From Trichoplax adhaerens (Eukaryota; Animalia; Placozoa), in the NCBI RefSeq assembly GCF_000150275.1, contig NW_002060978.1, forward strand, positions 327,611 through 391,610: DNA of 64,000 bases, written 5' to 3'. The translations under genes were made by a program, and so were the position numbers. A model generated the notes under the pieces. It was given only the letters and a program-made list of their open reading frames with translations. It was not told the origin of the DNA and searched no databases. Below are positions 51,878 to 64,000 of this stretch, in pieces; positions within the stretch are counted from its first letter, which is position 1, and every line of letters starts with the position of its first letter.

Positions 51878-54800
51878 ACTATCCAATAAGATTTTGCTCT
51901 TAATGATGACTTTTAAAAAGTTGAATATCAAGATTTAAAAAAGATTTAATAAAATCTAACCTTAGTATAAATTGATCAGTCGTCTATTACGTGAATTGTA
52001 CGATTTATTTGAAGATTGTAAGCTTAGGAATTGTTCCGATTTATCCTGTTCATTAAGATATTTATACATTCGTTTATTCCAATACTGTGGAAATGCATTC
52101 AATTTAAATTACTTGCACCTGTTCTGATTCTCTTTGTGAGGTTAAAATTGACAAATATTTTATTTTTTTTAATGCTAATTTGTAAGGTTTTCTTCAGAGT
52201 AGCGTCCCATTAGGCAACCATTATTTGTATTAAAAACAAAATGATTGGTAGATGTGGTTTTCCAGTTTTTGAGGTTATTGTTCATAAGCTTTGACTGATT
52301 TATGTATTTGGATAAATTTGCTTGATTCCTCATAAATCTTTAAGTTGTATGGGAATATGTAATAAAATGATGATTAATTGACCGAGATATTTTATAGTAA
52401 CTAAAATGCTTTAATCGATAAAAATCGATGTGCATACGACATGCTTCATTTATAATTGCTTATCAAATCTGAGTACACAATAAGTCTGGATTAATAATGT
52501 CTGGAAAAAAACCCGTAAATATTTCGAATATAACATCAGTATGCCTATTGTGATTTCTTTTCCACCTATTATTTAATTTTCTCATCAAATCAAAGTAAAA
52601 TTTTAGCTGTAGTCATATTCGTTGCTTGAAGATATTGCGTGGAAATTTAGAAAAATAAAGGATAACTTAAATAATATATATTGCATTTAATCCCTTTATT
52701 TGTGGCATAAGGAATTAAAAACTGTCTGTCTTTTAGGATGCACATTAACATATTTAATAAAATATTCATATCCTTTGGCTAAAATTCTACTTTAAAATGC
52801 CACACTTTAGAGATTAGCGACAATAATGCTGACTACCGAATATTTTTGATCGCCATGACACTCATTGCAATACCTTTGCCTTTGGAGGAAACATTTTATA
52901 ACGTTGCAGTTTGTGATTTGGTTCTTGTAATTGTAATGTAGTTCATAACAACCCTTTCAAAAGTATTAGATCACATTCTGTTGATACTTTTTTACTATTT
53001 CTATGATTTCGACATAGTTACTTGTTCTCTAAATTTTTTAATCCATAGCCTAGCATATTATCAAAATATTCTTAATTGCAAATTCTAGTAAAATATTTTT
53101 GTAATCAAAAACATAGCATTATGATTCATGCAATTTAATGTAAAAATTATTAAGTAATAAATAATAAATACTTCAGAAAATATATCTAACGTATCTCGTT
53201 TATCATGATTATACTGTATAATAATCAAGTATTCATGAAACGAAAACTTCACCTAAGGCAAAGTTTTGAGATATTATGATTCTTATATCTTGATCTTATT
53301 ACAGGCAATGTAGTATATAATTCATTGGCAATATAATTATTTAATAAAAAATGATTTCGTAAGAAACCGATGGGATTTATTGTCTATGACCATTTTTAGC
53401 TATTTTAAAAAATGTAGGTAAATAGTAATAACTTTTCCGCGATACTCGATAAAAAATAAAAAAAAGTTACGTTGCAGTATCATCATATCGTTTACTCTTT
53501 CCTTAACAATCTCATATCAACAGTTTCCGCATATTAGAGTAATTTTTTTGTTGGTTTATCCTTTTGGCTTTGATTCTAAAGCCGTCATGTACAAAGCTCT
53601 CTTTTCTTTTATATTATAAAGGATTTTCGAATACTAATTAATAGACATTTCTTTATTGGACAAAAGAATTCATAATGTATTTAAATAATCCAATTCCTAG
53701 CCGACTTCACAAAAATTATTAAGCTAAGAAATGTTGTATTAAATGGTCATTTATGCATTATGTGAGTATTGTTCAGTTTGGCTGGCATACTTCCAAATAA
53801 AATTAAATTCTTGCGTAATTTAAGATACTCTACTGGTCTAGAAATGATGTCTTCTGATTATGATCAGCAGATACTGCTAAGGGAATTGCCTGGTATACTT
53901 TCGTCATGGAAAGTACATTGAATTATAATAGAGGGCTTATGAAGGCTTGTTTCGTAGGATATCGTGATGGTTTATTTAGTATATAATTTAAGTGTTCTTG
54001 TGAACATACCCATCTAAATGAAGTCAATCCCGCATTAATGCACTACGGCATCCTTTCGACGTTTAATATGATTTATTGTAATTGTAGAAAATCTAGTTAG
54101 TCTATTTCTGTTCATATTAGCTAGATTTACTAATAAAATTTATGTTAAAGACATTGCATTATTACCCAAGTGACAATACGTAATACATTCTTGGATCAAA
54201 AAATACTGAAGTGTTACGATACTTGCTGATAGCCAAAGTCTTAAAGCTAAACCTCTAATAAAGCACTTAAGATCAGGCTTCGCAATTAATTAAATATTTT
54301 TTAACTAACTCTCACCAGAAAATAGTTTATTGTATCTCCTGGTAACACTGAATAGAAAATTAATAATTCTAGCTGATTTACAAAAATCGCAGATTTATAT
54401 CGGCTCAAATCAGATATAAATTTAATAACATTTCAATGAAAGCTATGCTACACAATTCGATTAGTTATCAACTTAAATACATTCATCCATTTGATATACA
54501 ATTAAAATTACCGAAGTTTTCTTAATCTGTTAATATTGTTACCGAAAACTACGATGAAATTTAACGAGTGGAACATACCTATAGTTAGATGTTTAATATC
54601 TTAACCTATCTTAAAAGGATTGTTTACGGATTATATTTGTCCAGGCTCTCGTAAACATGAATAATTACATAAAGTTTGCTAAGAGATTCCTCTCAATATC
54701 ATTACGATATGGTAAATTGCACGACTACTGAATTGTTTATTAATCATTAGAAAAGTCTAATTATCATAACAAAAATAGTTAGATCCATAATTGCAATCAA

Positions 54801-55172
54801 AGAAACGAAATTTAGTGTCTATCGAGTAATGGATTAACCATTTTATCTGCATCTATTTGGCATCATTGTTATTGAAGGTAGGAAGTCATAAGATGATTAC
54901 AACTTAATTACGGGTTGCAAATTGGACAGCTTAAATCAATATTACTAGTTAGTAATAAATAAGGAATCTTTAATAAATAAGGACTTCAATAGGAGTAAAG
55001 TCGTTTAATACGCGTTCCCTATTAAATTGATATGAATAAATCTGAGATTATATGTAAGATAATTGCTGTGTAGATGGATACAGCTTATGCAACGAAGTAT
55101 CATAATTATATAGTTTTAGGATTTTCTCTACATTACTCAGGGTAAGGAAATAAGACGATTAATTTATCGGTG

Positions 55173-56610
55173 TGTCACAAAACAACTTTGCAACAAGATA
55201 ACGTAATGTACGATCAATAAGTCAATTCCTTGAACCACGTATCAAGGAACAATATCTGCACTATCACAAACACTTTTGCTCTACTAGCAGACTACACAAA
55301 GACTTAATCGCCTCGTATTTTACGTTAAACACTAATGTAATGAAATGAAAAGTGTAGAGATCAAGCTACAAAACTTTAACAAACTTTCATTCTACTTTCG
55401 TTGCACTCCGGTCGACTTAACGCTAATACTTTGACACCAAATAAAATTTTGGGAAATAACCGAACAACAACTTATTAAAAAACATAAATGAAGAGAAGTA
55501 TAAACCGAACGACCTTACAAATACTTAGCTTTAAGTAATATTAAAATAAGTCACAGACTTAAATACTGTCAACGACCAAACAACCTTTCAAAAAAAAGAA
55601 AGTTTTAATTCAGACATAAATTAAAAAGAAACCCGACCGGTTCCAGAATCCGAAAACTATATCGGACACAAATCCGGAAAAATTCGGTTTTTATAAAGAT
55701 CACAGTAATCGCTTATTAAAAAAAATTATATGACTACTTTCTGACGTTAGTATCGCTTAGTATTCGCGAGTATTGACAGTTGATGTTTTAGCGTCAGATT
55801 GTACGGTAGCTGTACCATTATAGACTATATTACAGTACTTTATCGTTATGTTATAAATCCCCTTTCTCTAAGGATAGGGTTTTGCTACTAAGTCAAATTT
55901 CTTTACAATTTGAATAGACGATCAAACGCCCTTTCTTTAGATTAGGCATTTGCTCTAGGGCTACTTCTATAGTAATCTATATAATACCTTGTAAAATAAT
56001 GAAGAAGAAAAGATGGCGACATGATGATTTGGCAGGGTAAAACTTAAAGACACTATCACTTTCTAGGTATTTTGTATAGTAAAATAATACTAATTACATA
56101 CTAAAAGCTACAAAGGACTCTACTTTTAGTCCTTTACTACACTAAGTTTGAGAATTCACTTTATTACACGATATACTGCATTTGTATACTCTCCCTCAAT
56201 AGTTCATGAGTCATAGTTAGTACGATTAACTTTGGAATCATTTACTGAATTAGATATTAATTATAGCTACTGTTCTCTTAATGCAGGCAACAGTATATAC
56301 AAACATAGACATCTGATGACTAATACAGAATAGTCAGGTTACGATATGTCCTATCACGGAACATTTCCACGATAATTTACAATCTACCACAAGTAAATTA
56401 CAATCACAATGATTCTAACTGTAAGTAGATGATTTGCATTCCCAATTATAACTATTAATTCAGTTTGTGTATAAGTGTCACTGTCATAAAAGTCAATGCT
56501 ATATTAAAACACAGTATATCCAAATTGGAAGTTAACTAAATAAGGATAGGCTAACAGAATTATCCTAACATAGATATCTCTACTCTAAAACAGTATATAA
56601 CACTGTCACA
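55173..56610 (-). mobile_element. Solo-LTR-like element, family D (D3), perfect TSD CGGTG, split by C3
   Basis: TGTCACA...TGTCACA. Flanks cggtg/cggtg. The two halves rejoin to match D1. Confidence 0.92.
55336..56141. mobile_element. Family C element (C3), internally deleted, 806 bp, 4-bp TSD CTAA
   Basis: Flanks ctaa/ctaa. The empty site in D1 (aaacaCTAAgttgg, about 35010) has a single CTAA, confirming a 4-bp duplication. Confidence 0.92.
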
Positions 56611-59096
56611 CGGTGATAGGAAGATAATAAAGTAATTTTAATGAAAAATTATTATTTAACCTTGTTTCATCCCAAAACAAGTTTGTAAAAGTGCTATCCT
56701 AGTTAAAGGCAGTTTAAATATCCAATTCATAACAAGACAATAAAATATTTATTAATGCTGCACTTGCTGAGTTCTGTAAGTTATTGGAGCGAGTTCTTAA
56801 TGAGAAAATAGAACTGTAACTAGTAATTAAACACCGAGAACTTATGTACTTTGACATTTACCCATAGAGTAACTAAAATACTATCGATATTCTCATCCTC
56901 AGGGAGCAGTTATGAAGTATACAACAATTTCAATAAACAGAGCTAAATCTCCATTGATAATCTTCCAATTTAATTGTTGTTGATAGATAAATATCTTTTA
57001 GAAGTATTCGGGAAACGTAGCGGATGTATGTAAATTTCACCTGATGTATTATTAATGTTATATTCCTGAATTGATTATCTTACTAAAACTAAGTTTTAGA
57101 AACTATATAAAAGTTTTTCTGTAACAGGTGTATGCACGGAGGGATGCAAATTCAAATATTAATGATTCATTTGATATAGCAAATTATTACTTCGGCATAC
57201 AGTACCATGTTAAGTAATCTAGTTAAACTATTAGCATCTACGGCTAGATTTATAAGCCACTTCAGATTGTATTATCTATAAATCAAAACCGCTAATAATA
57301 TAAAATTAGGCATGATTATGGAATTGACAATAAACAATATTTCCTGTTAGCTAGGTCTACATAATTTATTAACGATATTCTATGATATGAACAGTACCTC
57401 CTTTACGTTTTTGAATGGATAAGATTAATTTTATTTGAAATCTTTGTTTGTTTCTGAGAGGACAAGTTGAATAAATTCTAAATACTAACAGACTAAAATT
57501 ATTTACATTACTTCATTAAAAGAACTATTACCGTTGCCCTTTTAATGAAATCTTATAAGGGTGAATACAGTATGTCCAAAATTGGTTTCTACGGTAATTT
57601 ATATTTCGATGCTTTAATCCTTGATCAGTACTGAAATTAGCTTATTAATTTGAAATTTACTATATCACACTTAAATACTTTCATGCACATGTTGACATCC
57701 CTACTTAGATATGTGGAAGAATCTACTTACCAATCTTCAGACTGAGATTTCATCAACTTTAAGTTTTTATCTTAAGAAACAATTTTCAAGGATAAAAATT
57801 AAAGTTACTGAAATATTTCACCTGAAATGCTCTCCAGTATAAAGATATTGTGATTAATTAAACATGAAATTTACCTTTTCTTACTCTAAAGTTGCTTTAA
57901 TTGTTGTCTATGATCGAAAACATCAAAATTTAGCTTTTTTTTCAATTTTATGGCAGACATTTCCTATAAAATTGATACTGTTATACTATGCAGGTGAAGA
58001 GTAATTGAAATATAATTGTAGAGTTTCATGTCAGGTAGATTTTATTGCATGATTAGTTAAGGTAATTCAGATAGAATTATTTAAGTATTCAATTCTACTT
58101 TTTGTAATATGATCCCATTGAGCGATCCTCTGACTAAATCTTTCATTGTCTGTCTACCTTATCAAATTTTCTTTCTGGAATCTGCATCTCAAAGCTGAAT
58201 TTACGTACCGTAATGATAAATAAAGTATTATAGTTTACTTGCGAAGTATTAATGAGAAGGTGTGGTATATTTTGAAATTTTGATTTTATTATTATTTTCT
58301 TAATAAGCAAGAAAGCCATTGATTAAATATTAATGAGAAATATTTTTTATTGTTTTTGATACTATTCATCAATGGGCGTGGTGCTATATTTAATTTAAAG
58401 ACTGTAGATATAAACAATAATATAATAATGAAGAATGCTAAAATGGCGAAAAATCTATTGACCAGATAACATTAATGGTTTAATTTCATGCTATATTTAA
58501 AAAAATTTTAATGCTAGCCCAGGTGGCTTTAATTTAGCTTATGAGTTAATTGAACGGCGTAATTAGTTATGAGAATGCTATACCATACTGGCTGTATTTC
58601 TGTGGGTTTTTAGTATTGTTCGTAAATTGCTAACACTATTTTCTTGAAAATGTAGCTTATATAACATATTTTTAGCAAAATCAGAAGAATATCATACTCA
58701 AATATTAGGTTAAATATTTCAGTTAGCTTTTATTCAGAATTTAGAACCATATAATCAATTTAATGAACTTTTGTTAGAGCACCATTTATTAATTTTAAAT
58801 CCAAGGCATCAGTTACAAGGCTAATGTTACCGCCCATGTAATTAATGCTTCTGATTCATTAAGCTATATAAATTTAGAATATTGCTTCTTTTGCAACAAG
58901 GCAAACAGTAAGCAATTAATAGTTTGCTAATAACCATCTAGCGTATTAGGGAGTGATGTAGCAGCATACCATAAGTTACTATTGATAACTATGGAACTTA
59001 TGTCTTCGTACCTATGATCCTATTAATCGGCGATAATCCATCAAGAATATAGGATGACAGATAATAATTCTCGGCTATAATATTTGGATTTTGGGT

Positions 59097-60077
59097 ATGC
59101 AAACCAACACTAGCCTAGATGCAATGAACTTCTCGTCCATCTTAAATGTTCTCCCACCGTCAGTAGTGGCATCGCTTACTTTTGCCTGTGTTGCTATAAC
59201 ATTAAATATTTTTGTTATTGCCATTTTGCTAAGACTTCAAATATCTGGCAATGTATTAAACCTTTTAATTATGAGCTTAGCCATGTCAGATCTATTCAGT
59301 TCAATTTCGGTGATCATAGGTAGTAGTTTATCGATTATCGGTTCTATCACTACAATATTTATTTATTCTAAATGGGCCGCCATGAACATAATTTGTAAAC
59401 TTAATAGCTTCTTAGCTGTATCAACCTCATATTCTGCCACGTTAACCTTAACTATTTTGGCTATTGAACGTTATCGTGTAATTTGTTTTCCGATGAACAT
59501 AAGACGAGACTATCGTCATTACTTTATTGCTATAATTGGGATTTGGCTATTTTCTTTTGCTGTTTCATCTTATATGGTAATTTCATACCAGAGTATTCCT
59601 TTCCACCCCTATTTATGCTCTATGAGCGGCAGTAACTATATTGGCAACAACGTCTGGCTGATAGCATCTGGCATAACCTGCTACCTTTTGCCGAATGTAA
59701 TTACTATTTTTTGCTACGTCATGATTGTCCTAAAATTGTGCCGCAGAAAGTTACCTGGTGATTCAGTTACTAAACAATCCAGTTATACCGCCAAAAGAAG
59801 AAAAGAAATTATCTCAGTCGCATCTTTATTGATTATTACCGTTTTGTCCGCTTTTTCGAATTGCACCTATCACTTATATTTGATTATAACATTGATTAAG
59901 ATTTCTGATGATGTAAGTATTTTAACAAGTTTTTATACTGATTTCAAGTATCACGATATCACATTTCTGCAGATATCCATTTTTATTACCATTTTACAAA
60001 GTGGCCTCGATCCGATATTATATAATTTCGTGAGTAGTAAATTTAGATCTTCAGTTAGAAAGCTACTCTGTTCTTAA
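59097..60077 (+). CDS. Class A orphan GPCR, about 326 aa from ATG 59097; paralog of 61911..62930
   Basis: SLAMSD, ICK, LAIERYRVICFP, HPYLC, KLPGD, DPILYNFV, KFR. Confidence 0.93.
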   Translation: MQTNTSLDAMNFSSILNVLPPSVVASLTFACVAITLNIFVIAILLRLQISGNVLNLLIMSLAMSDLFSSISVIIGSSLSIIGSITTIFIYSKWAAMNIICKLNSFLAVSTSYSATLTLTILAIERYRVICFPMNIRRDYRHYFIAIIGIWLFSFAVSSYMVISYQSIPFHPYLCSMSGSNYIGNNVWLIASGITCYLLPNVITIFCYVMIVLKLCRRKLPGDSVTKQSSYTAKRRKEIISVASLLIITVLSAFSNCTYHLYLIITLIKISDDVSILTSFYTDFKYHDITFLQISIFITILQSGLDPILYNFVSSKFRSSVRKLLCS

Positions 60078-61910
60078 CTGAAGTATTAAATTGTATATAT
60101 GATATTAAATAGAAAGAATGATTGTTTAATCTTGGCGTAGTTACTTCCTTCACTTGCGTGTTATATTCTGTAATGGCGGATTTTCATGAAACCTGTGATT
60201 GTTTTACTATCCAGACTTATATCTTATTGATAATTCATTATTATCCTCGATATTTCATTCCCAGATGAATTAATTTAAGATTTTAAAATAAATTTAGCTG
60301 CTTTCTACCTGCGTAATGGGTCCTTTCATGTAATGTACCCCATGCTAATTTTTAGGAGGAAATTATTCCGGTTACTTATTTTAATGAAGTTGATTGCAAA
60401 GAAATGATTTGTACACTAATTATTTGTTAATAAATACAGTTAAATGGGTTTATACGATATTATAGGTATTTATAAAAAAGTTAAAGGTCTATTAATACTA
60501 ATTTACTATACTTATAAAATGAAATTAGTGATTTGCATGGCGTGGAGAAAGCTTTTCCACCTGATAGATTGTAATCAATCAGCTAGAAAATACTGCTTCT
60601 GCAATTAGAGGGGCCGCTTAAGCAAGGAATCTATCAGTAGATAACCAAAGCTTGGACTAAATGATATGATCATTATTTCATTACTAGATGAGACTTGTTT
60701 TTTCAATTCTAAAAATTTGATCTTAGGAACATCAAAATAAATTATGGATTTCAGATTACTTAAACCAAGTAGCTTTGCTTTTTTTGGAATTAATAAATCT
60801 TACTATATAGTTACGTAAACTGAAGAGGTAGTAAGCGTATATTCTACCATATTTATAATTAGGACTGAATAATATTCGAATGCTATATTTTATTCGCTAA
60901 AGAAAAATACGCGGATAGAGTTAAGGAAATTAAAAGCTCTATTGCAGAGGCATTGGTGAGTAGTAGATTTTTGATTTGGAAGATATGAGTCTACTTTATA
61001 TTAGCATAATCAATAAAATTGAGATCGAAATCGCAATATCATATGAAAAATATTGAATTCAATTGAATATCGAACAAATGCTCCAATGAATAAAGATACA
61101 ATAAGGAAGCTAATTTCATCTATCATACAAAAATGCCCTAGATAATAGTAAATAAATCATTAAATTTTCAGCATTTATCACTTATGAGCAAAATACAAAG
61201 CAATTAAATAGCTATCTCGTGGTAGGAATATATCAATTAATAAATCTTCTTGAATGCGAGAATCAGCTTGTATATCTTATAATATAATCCTTTCTTATCA
61301 CTTTAGGTCATCCTATGAAGCTTGAAAAATATTTATGCTTACTGCATTTGTGAAAGAAAATTGTGTTGCTTTTCATTAAAGCAATTACTCAATTATAGAA
61401 AAAACGATTTCAATGGAGTCAAGTTAGCTCTGATGAATTCTATTTTTACTTTATTTAAATTTTCATATCCAATTGATGCGATAATCCAAAGACAAATTAA
61501 GTTTTGTTCCTTGAATATGTCTATTATTATTTAAAAATGTATTGTAACTTTCAATGGATGCTAGGCTAACAATAAATTATGCATTATTAACAGCTAATTG
61601 GAATTTCTGACATGCATGAAACATAACCATTCAACGGCTATATCTTAAGCTGCCTGAATCTTGCAGTTGTCACAGGTACTTTAGATGCATACATTTTCTT
61701 AGGTTTTTATTACTTAAAATTTTATAAAGTAAATATCATTATTTAGTTGCAGTCTACTCCAAGCGTGGATATAGCTGGCTTAAATTTTTCTCGAAAATTT
61801 CTAGAAAACAAAATATAATCTTCGAATATCTAATTCAGCAAATTCCGTATATTACAGTGTTATTGAATTGATAGAAGTAGAGAGTCAATTTTATTGCTAA
61901 GATCATTAAA

Positions 61911-62930
61911 ATGGCCGATATATTATCTAGTAATGCATCTAGCACGAATTATAAATCAAATGGCATTATCTTAAATGAGACAGAAGTATTTGTTATCTGT
62001 AGTGTTGGAATTGTATTGAATTTATTTGTAATTTCGATTTTGTTGAAATATCGAGAGAATGGAGGGATTGTTAATATTCTACTAGTAAATCTGTCTGTAA
62101 TAGATTTGTTGACATGTCTTTCAGTTATTACTGTAACGGCTATTGCAGCGCTAAAATTAGAATTTAATCGAAATACATCCTCTAGATTAGACGTAAGGGA
62201 TGTAATGTGCAAAATATGTTTATATACTACAACAGCAACTTCATTTTGCTCGACTTACATTTTAGCTACACTGGCTATTGAACGTTATCGCGTTATATGC
62301 TATCCACTAAACTCAAGAAACTACCGTCGACGTTATAGTATCGCGATTGTATTTATTTGGTTAATTTCTTCCGCATTATCGGCCTACACAATTGCTTTTA
62401 GCCAATATGAACCTCATTTTCACCCATACGTCTGCTTCTTAACGGGCTTAAATTATACTGGAAGTAAAATTTGGGTACTACTTTCTTCTTCTTTTGGATA
62501 TGGAATTCCTGTTTTTGTTACTGTATGCTGTTACATTGCTGTCGTGTATAAGTTCGTACGAAGTAAAATTCCAGGTGAATTACCCGATTTACAGACTACT
62601 TACACAATAAAGAGAAGGAAAGAAATGCAAACTGTTACTATACTGCTAATTATCACTATTATTTCGTTTATTCCAAAATGTATACTTTATATTTTTACAA
62701 ATATTTCGTCGATCAGGCATGCCACTTCTGTGAATAATACGACTAATTTTATCGTTATTGAGCCTTCATCAACTTTTGATTTACTTTTCTTTCGATTTAT
62801 TTCACTAATAACGCTTGCTCAAGTTATTGTAAATCCTTTATTATATAATTTTGTCTGTAGAAAGTTTAGAGGAAACGTATCTAGATATATTGCGGTTGCT
62901 TTGAGTCGTTTCAATAAAGCATCTTCCTAG
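61911..62930 (+). CDS. Class A orphan GPCR, 339 aa; paralog of 59097..60077
   Basis: NLSVID, MCK, LAIERYRVICYP, HPYVC, KIPGE, NPLLYNFV, KFR. Confidence 0.94.
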   Translation: MADILSSNASSTNYKSNGIILNETEVFVICSVGIVLNLFVISILLKYRENGGIVNILLVNLSVIDLLTCLSVITVTAIAALKLEFNRNTSSRLDVRDVMCKICLYTTTATSFCSTYILATLAIERYRVICYPLNSRNYRRRYSIAIVFIWLISSALSAYTIAFSQYEPHFHPYVCFLTGLNYTGSKIWVLLSSSFGYGIPVFVTVCCYIAVVYKFVRSKIPGELPDLQTTYTIKRRKEMQTVTILLIITIISFIPKCILYIFTNISSIRHATSVNNTTNFIVIEPSSTFDLLFFRFISLITLAQVIVNPLLYNFVCRKFRGNVSRYIAVALSRFNKASS

Positions 62931-64000
62931 CTGTAACTGGATTACGATGCCATATTAGAAAATTATTATTTATCACTAATAAATCTTTTATATAATAAAA
63001 TATAAATTATAAGCCTTTAATAAAGTAAGCTGATTTCAAGACTAAGACCTATGGCTATATTTTATTAGTTAATGAACAGAATTTGCAAGAGCAATTTTAC
63101 AGTTAAATATGGCTGTGAGCAACCGTAAGCCTGGCGCTATGCTTGCTATTTTATAACGAAGTTTTACAATTTATAATTTACCAATGAAAAGACAGTGTCA
63201 CATAATCATAAATGCAGATGTTGATACCATATTTAATATAGCCTTGCATGCTAACATTATGAACATTAAGAAATAGGCCGTACCGTTACTATGTTATATT
63301 TACGAATATTGCAGGTTGAATATTGTGTCTAGCCATAAAAATATATTTATTATGTTAAGTATGTGACTAATATTTGTATGCTTGAAATGATCTCTATTTT
63401 CTCCTCTTATCTGGTCTTCTATCCATCTAATTATTTCCTGCGTTGCTTTAACAAAGCTCTATTCTCCAATACTTCGTTTGTCTGCTATGCTCTACCAGAT
63501 ATTATATAGTGGAAGCGGAGGAACGAACTGAAATACTGGAGATGACTATTCTGCATTGTGTAAATTTGAACAACGCATTCAACGTTAGCTTTTGCCTCAA
63601 TATACGTCTGCCAACGCTCAAATTAATTATATTATATCTACTCTTGTTGATAGTACCGAATCCAAGATTGATTCTCGGAAAAGCACTCAGCTTTTAATCT
63701 TCGGAAATCTGATAAAACCTGCGGATAATTGGAAGTTCCAGTTGGGCAATCTTAGAATTTTTGTTGTGAAAGACTTATTTCGTAAGTACTGCATTAGCTT
63801 ACCTATAAAACTATAATTGATTTTTTTACTGATCTTAAGCCTGTTACTATGTTCTGTAATGACTGCGATTTTTTTATTGCATTGTTTTGTGTAGAATATG
63901 TTCCCATTTATTGGAACGGATATTTTTCTATCTGATCAGTTATTAAGGGATGCTATTGTTGGTCAAATTTAACAAAATTACTTTAAAATGATGAAACCAT

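Noticed and set aside
2454-61534. Short 60-112 aa ORFs in the track (e.g. 2454, 5663, 10761, 22791, 23304, 23885, 25014, 35120, 39877, 44493, 50146, 52031, 61322)
   Set aside because: I/L/F/K/N-rich composition expected from random AT-rich DNA; many have non-ATG starts, some lie inside LTRs, and no domains were recognised.
1-64000. Gene symbols, ligands or species name for the receptors
   Set aside because: Motifs support only class A membership; orthology and taxonomy need a database search.

Overview
This is AT-rich eukaryotic (animal) DNA. It holds a tandem array of nine class A (rhodopsin-like) 7TM GPCR genes, each with an uninterrupted ORF (eight on +, one on -). The divergent orphan-type receptors and the base composition suggest an early-branching animal such as a placozoan; this is inference and was not verified. 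The first four genes form one subfamily with private motifs (N-terminal CxxxC, GQ before TM1, CNADE in ECL3, E-(I/V)-A-H and PPxxNPxCY in TM7). One member has lost two distant cysteines together, which predicts an extra disulfide. The intergenic DNA contains 16 TG...CA-type insertions plus one candidate (about 10 kb, about 16% of the window), in six families resembling solo LTRs, most with readable 4- or 5-bp target-site duplications (TSDs). They include a three-level nest, a conserved 3'-terminal hairpin with G-U covariation, and a probable gene-conversion tract. No intact retroelement, RNA gene or CRISPR array was seen. All alignments were done by eye.
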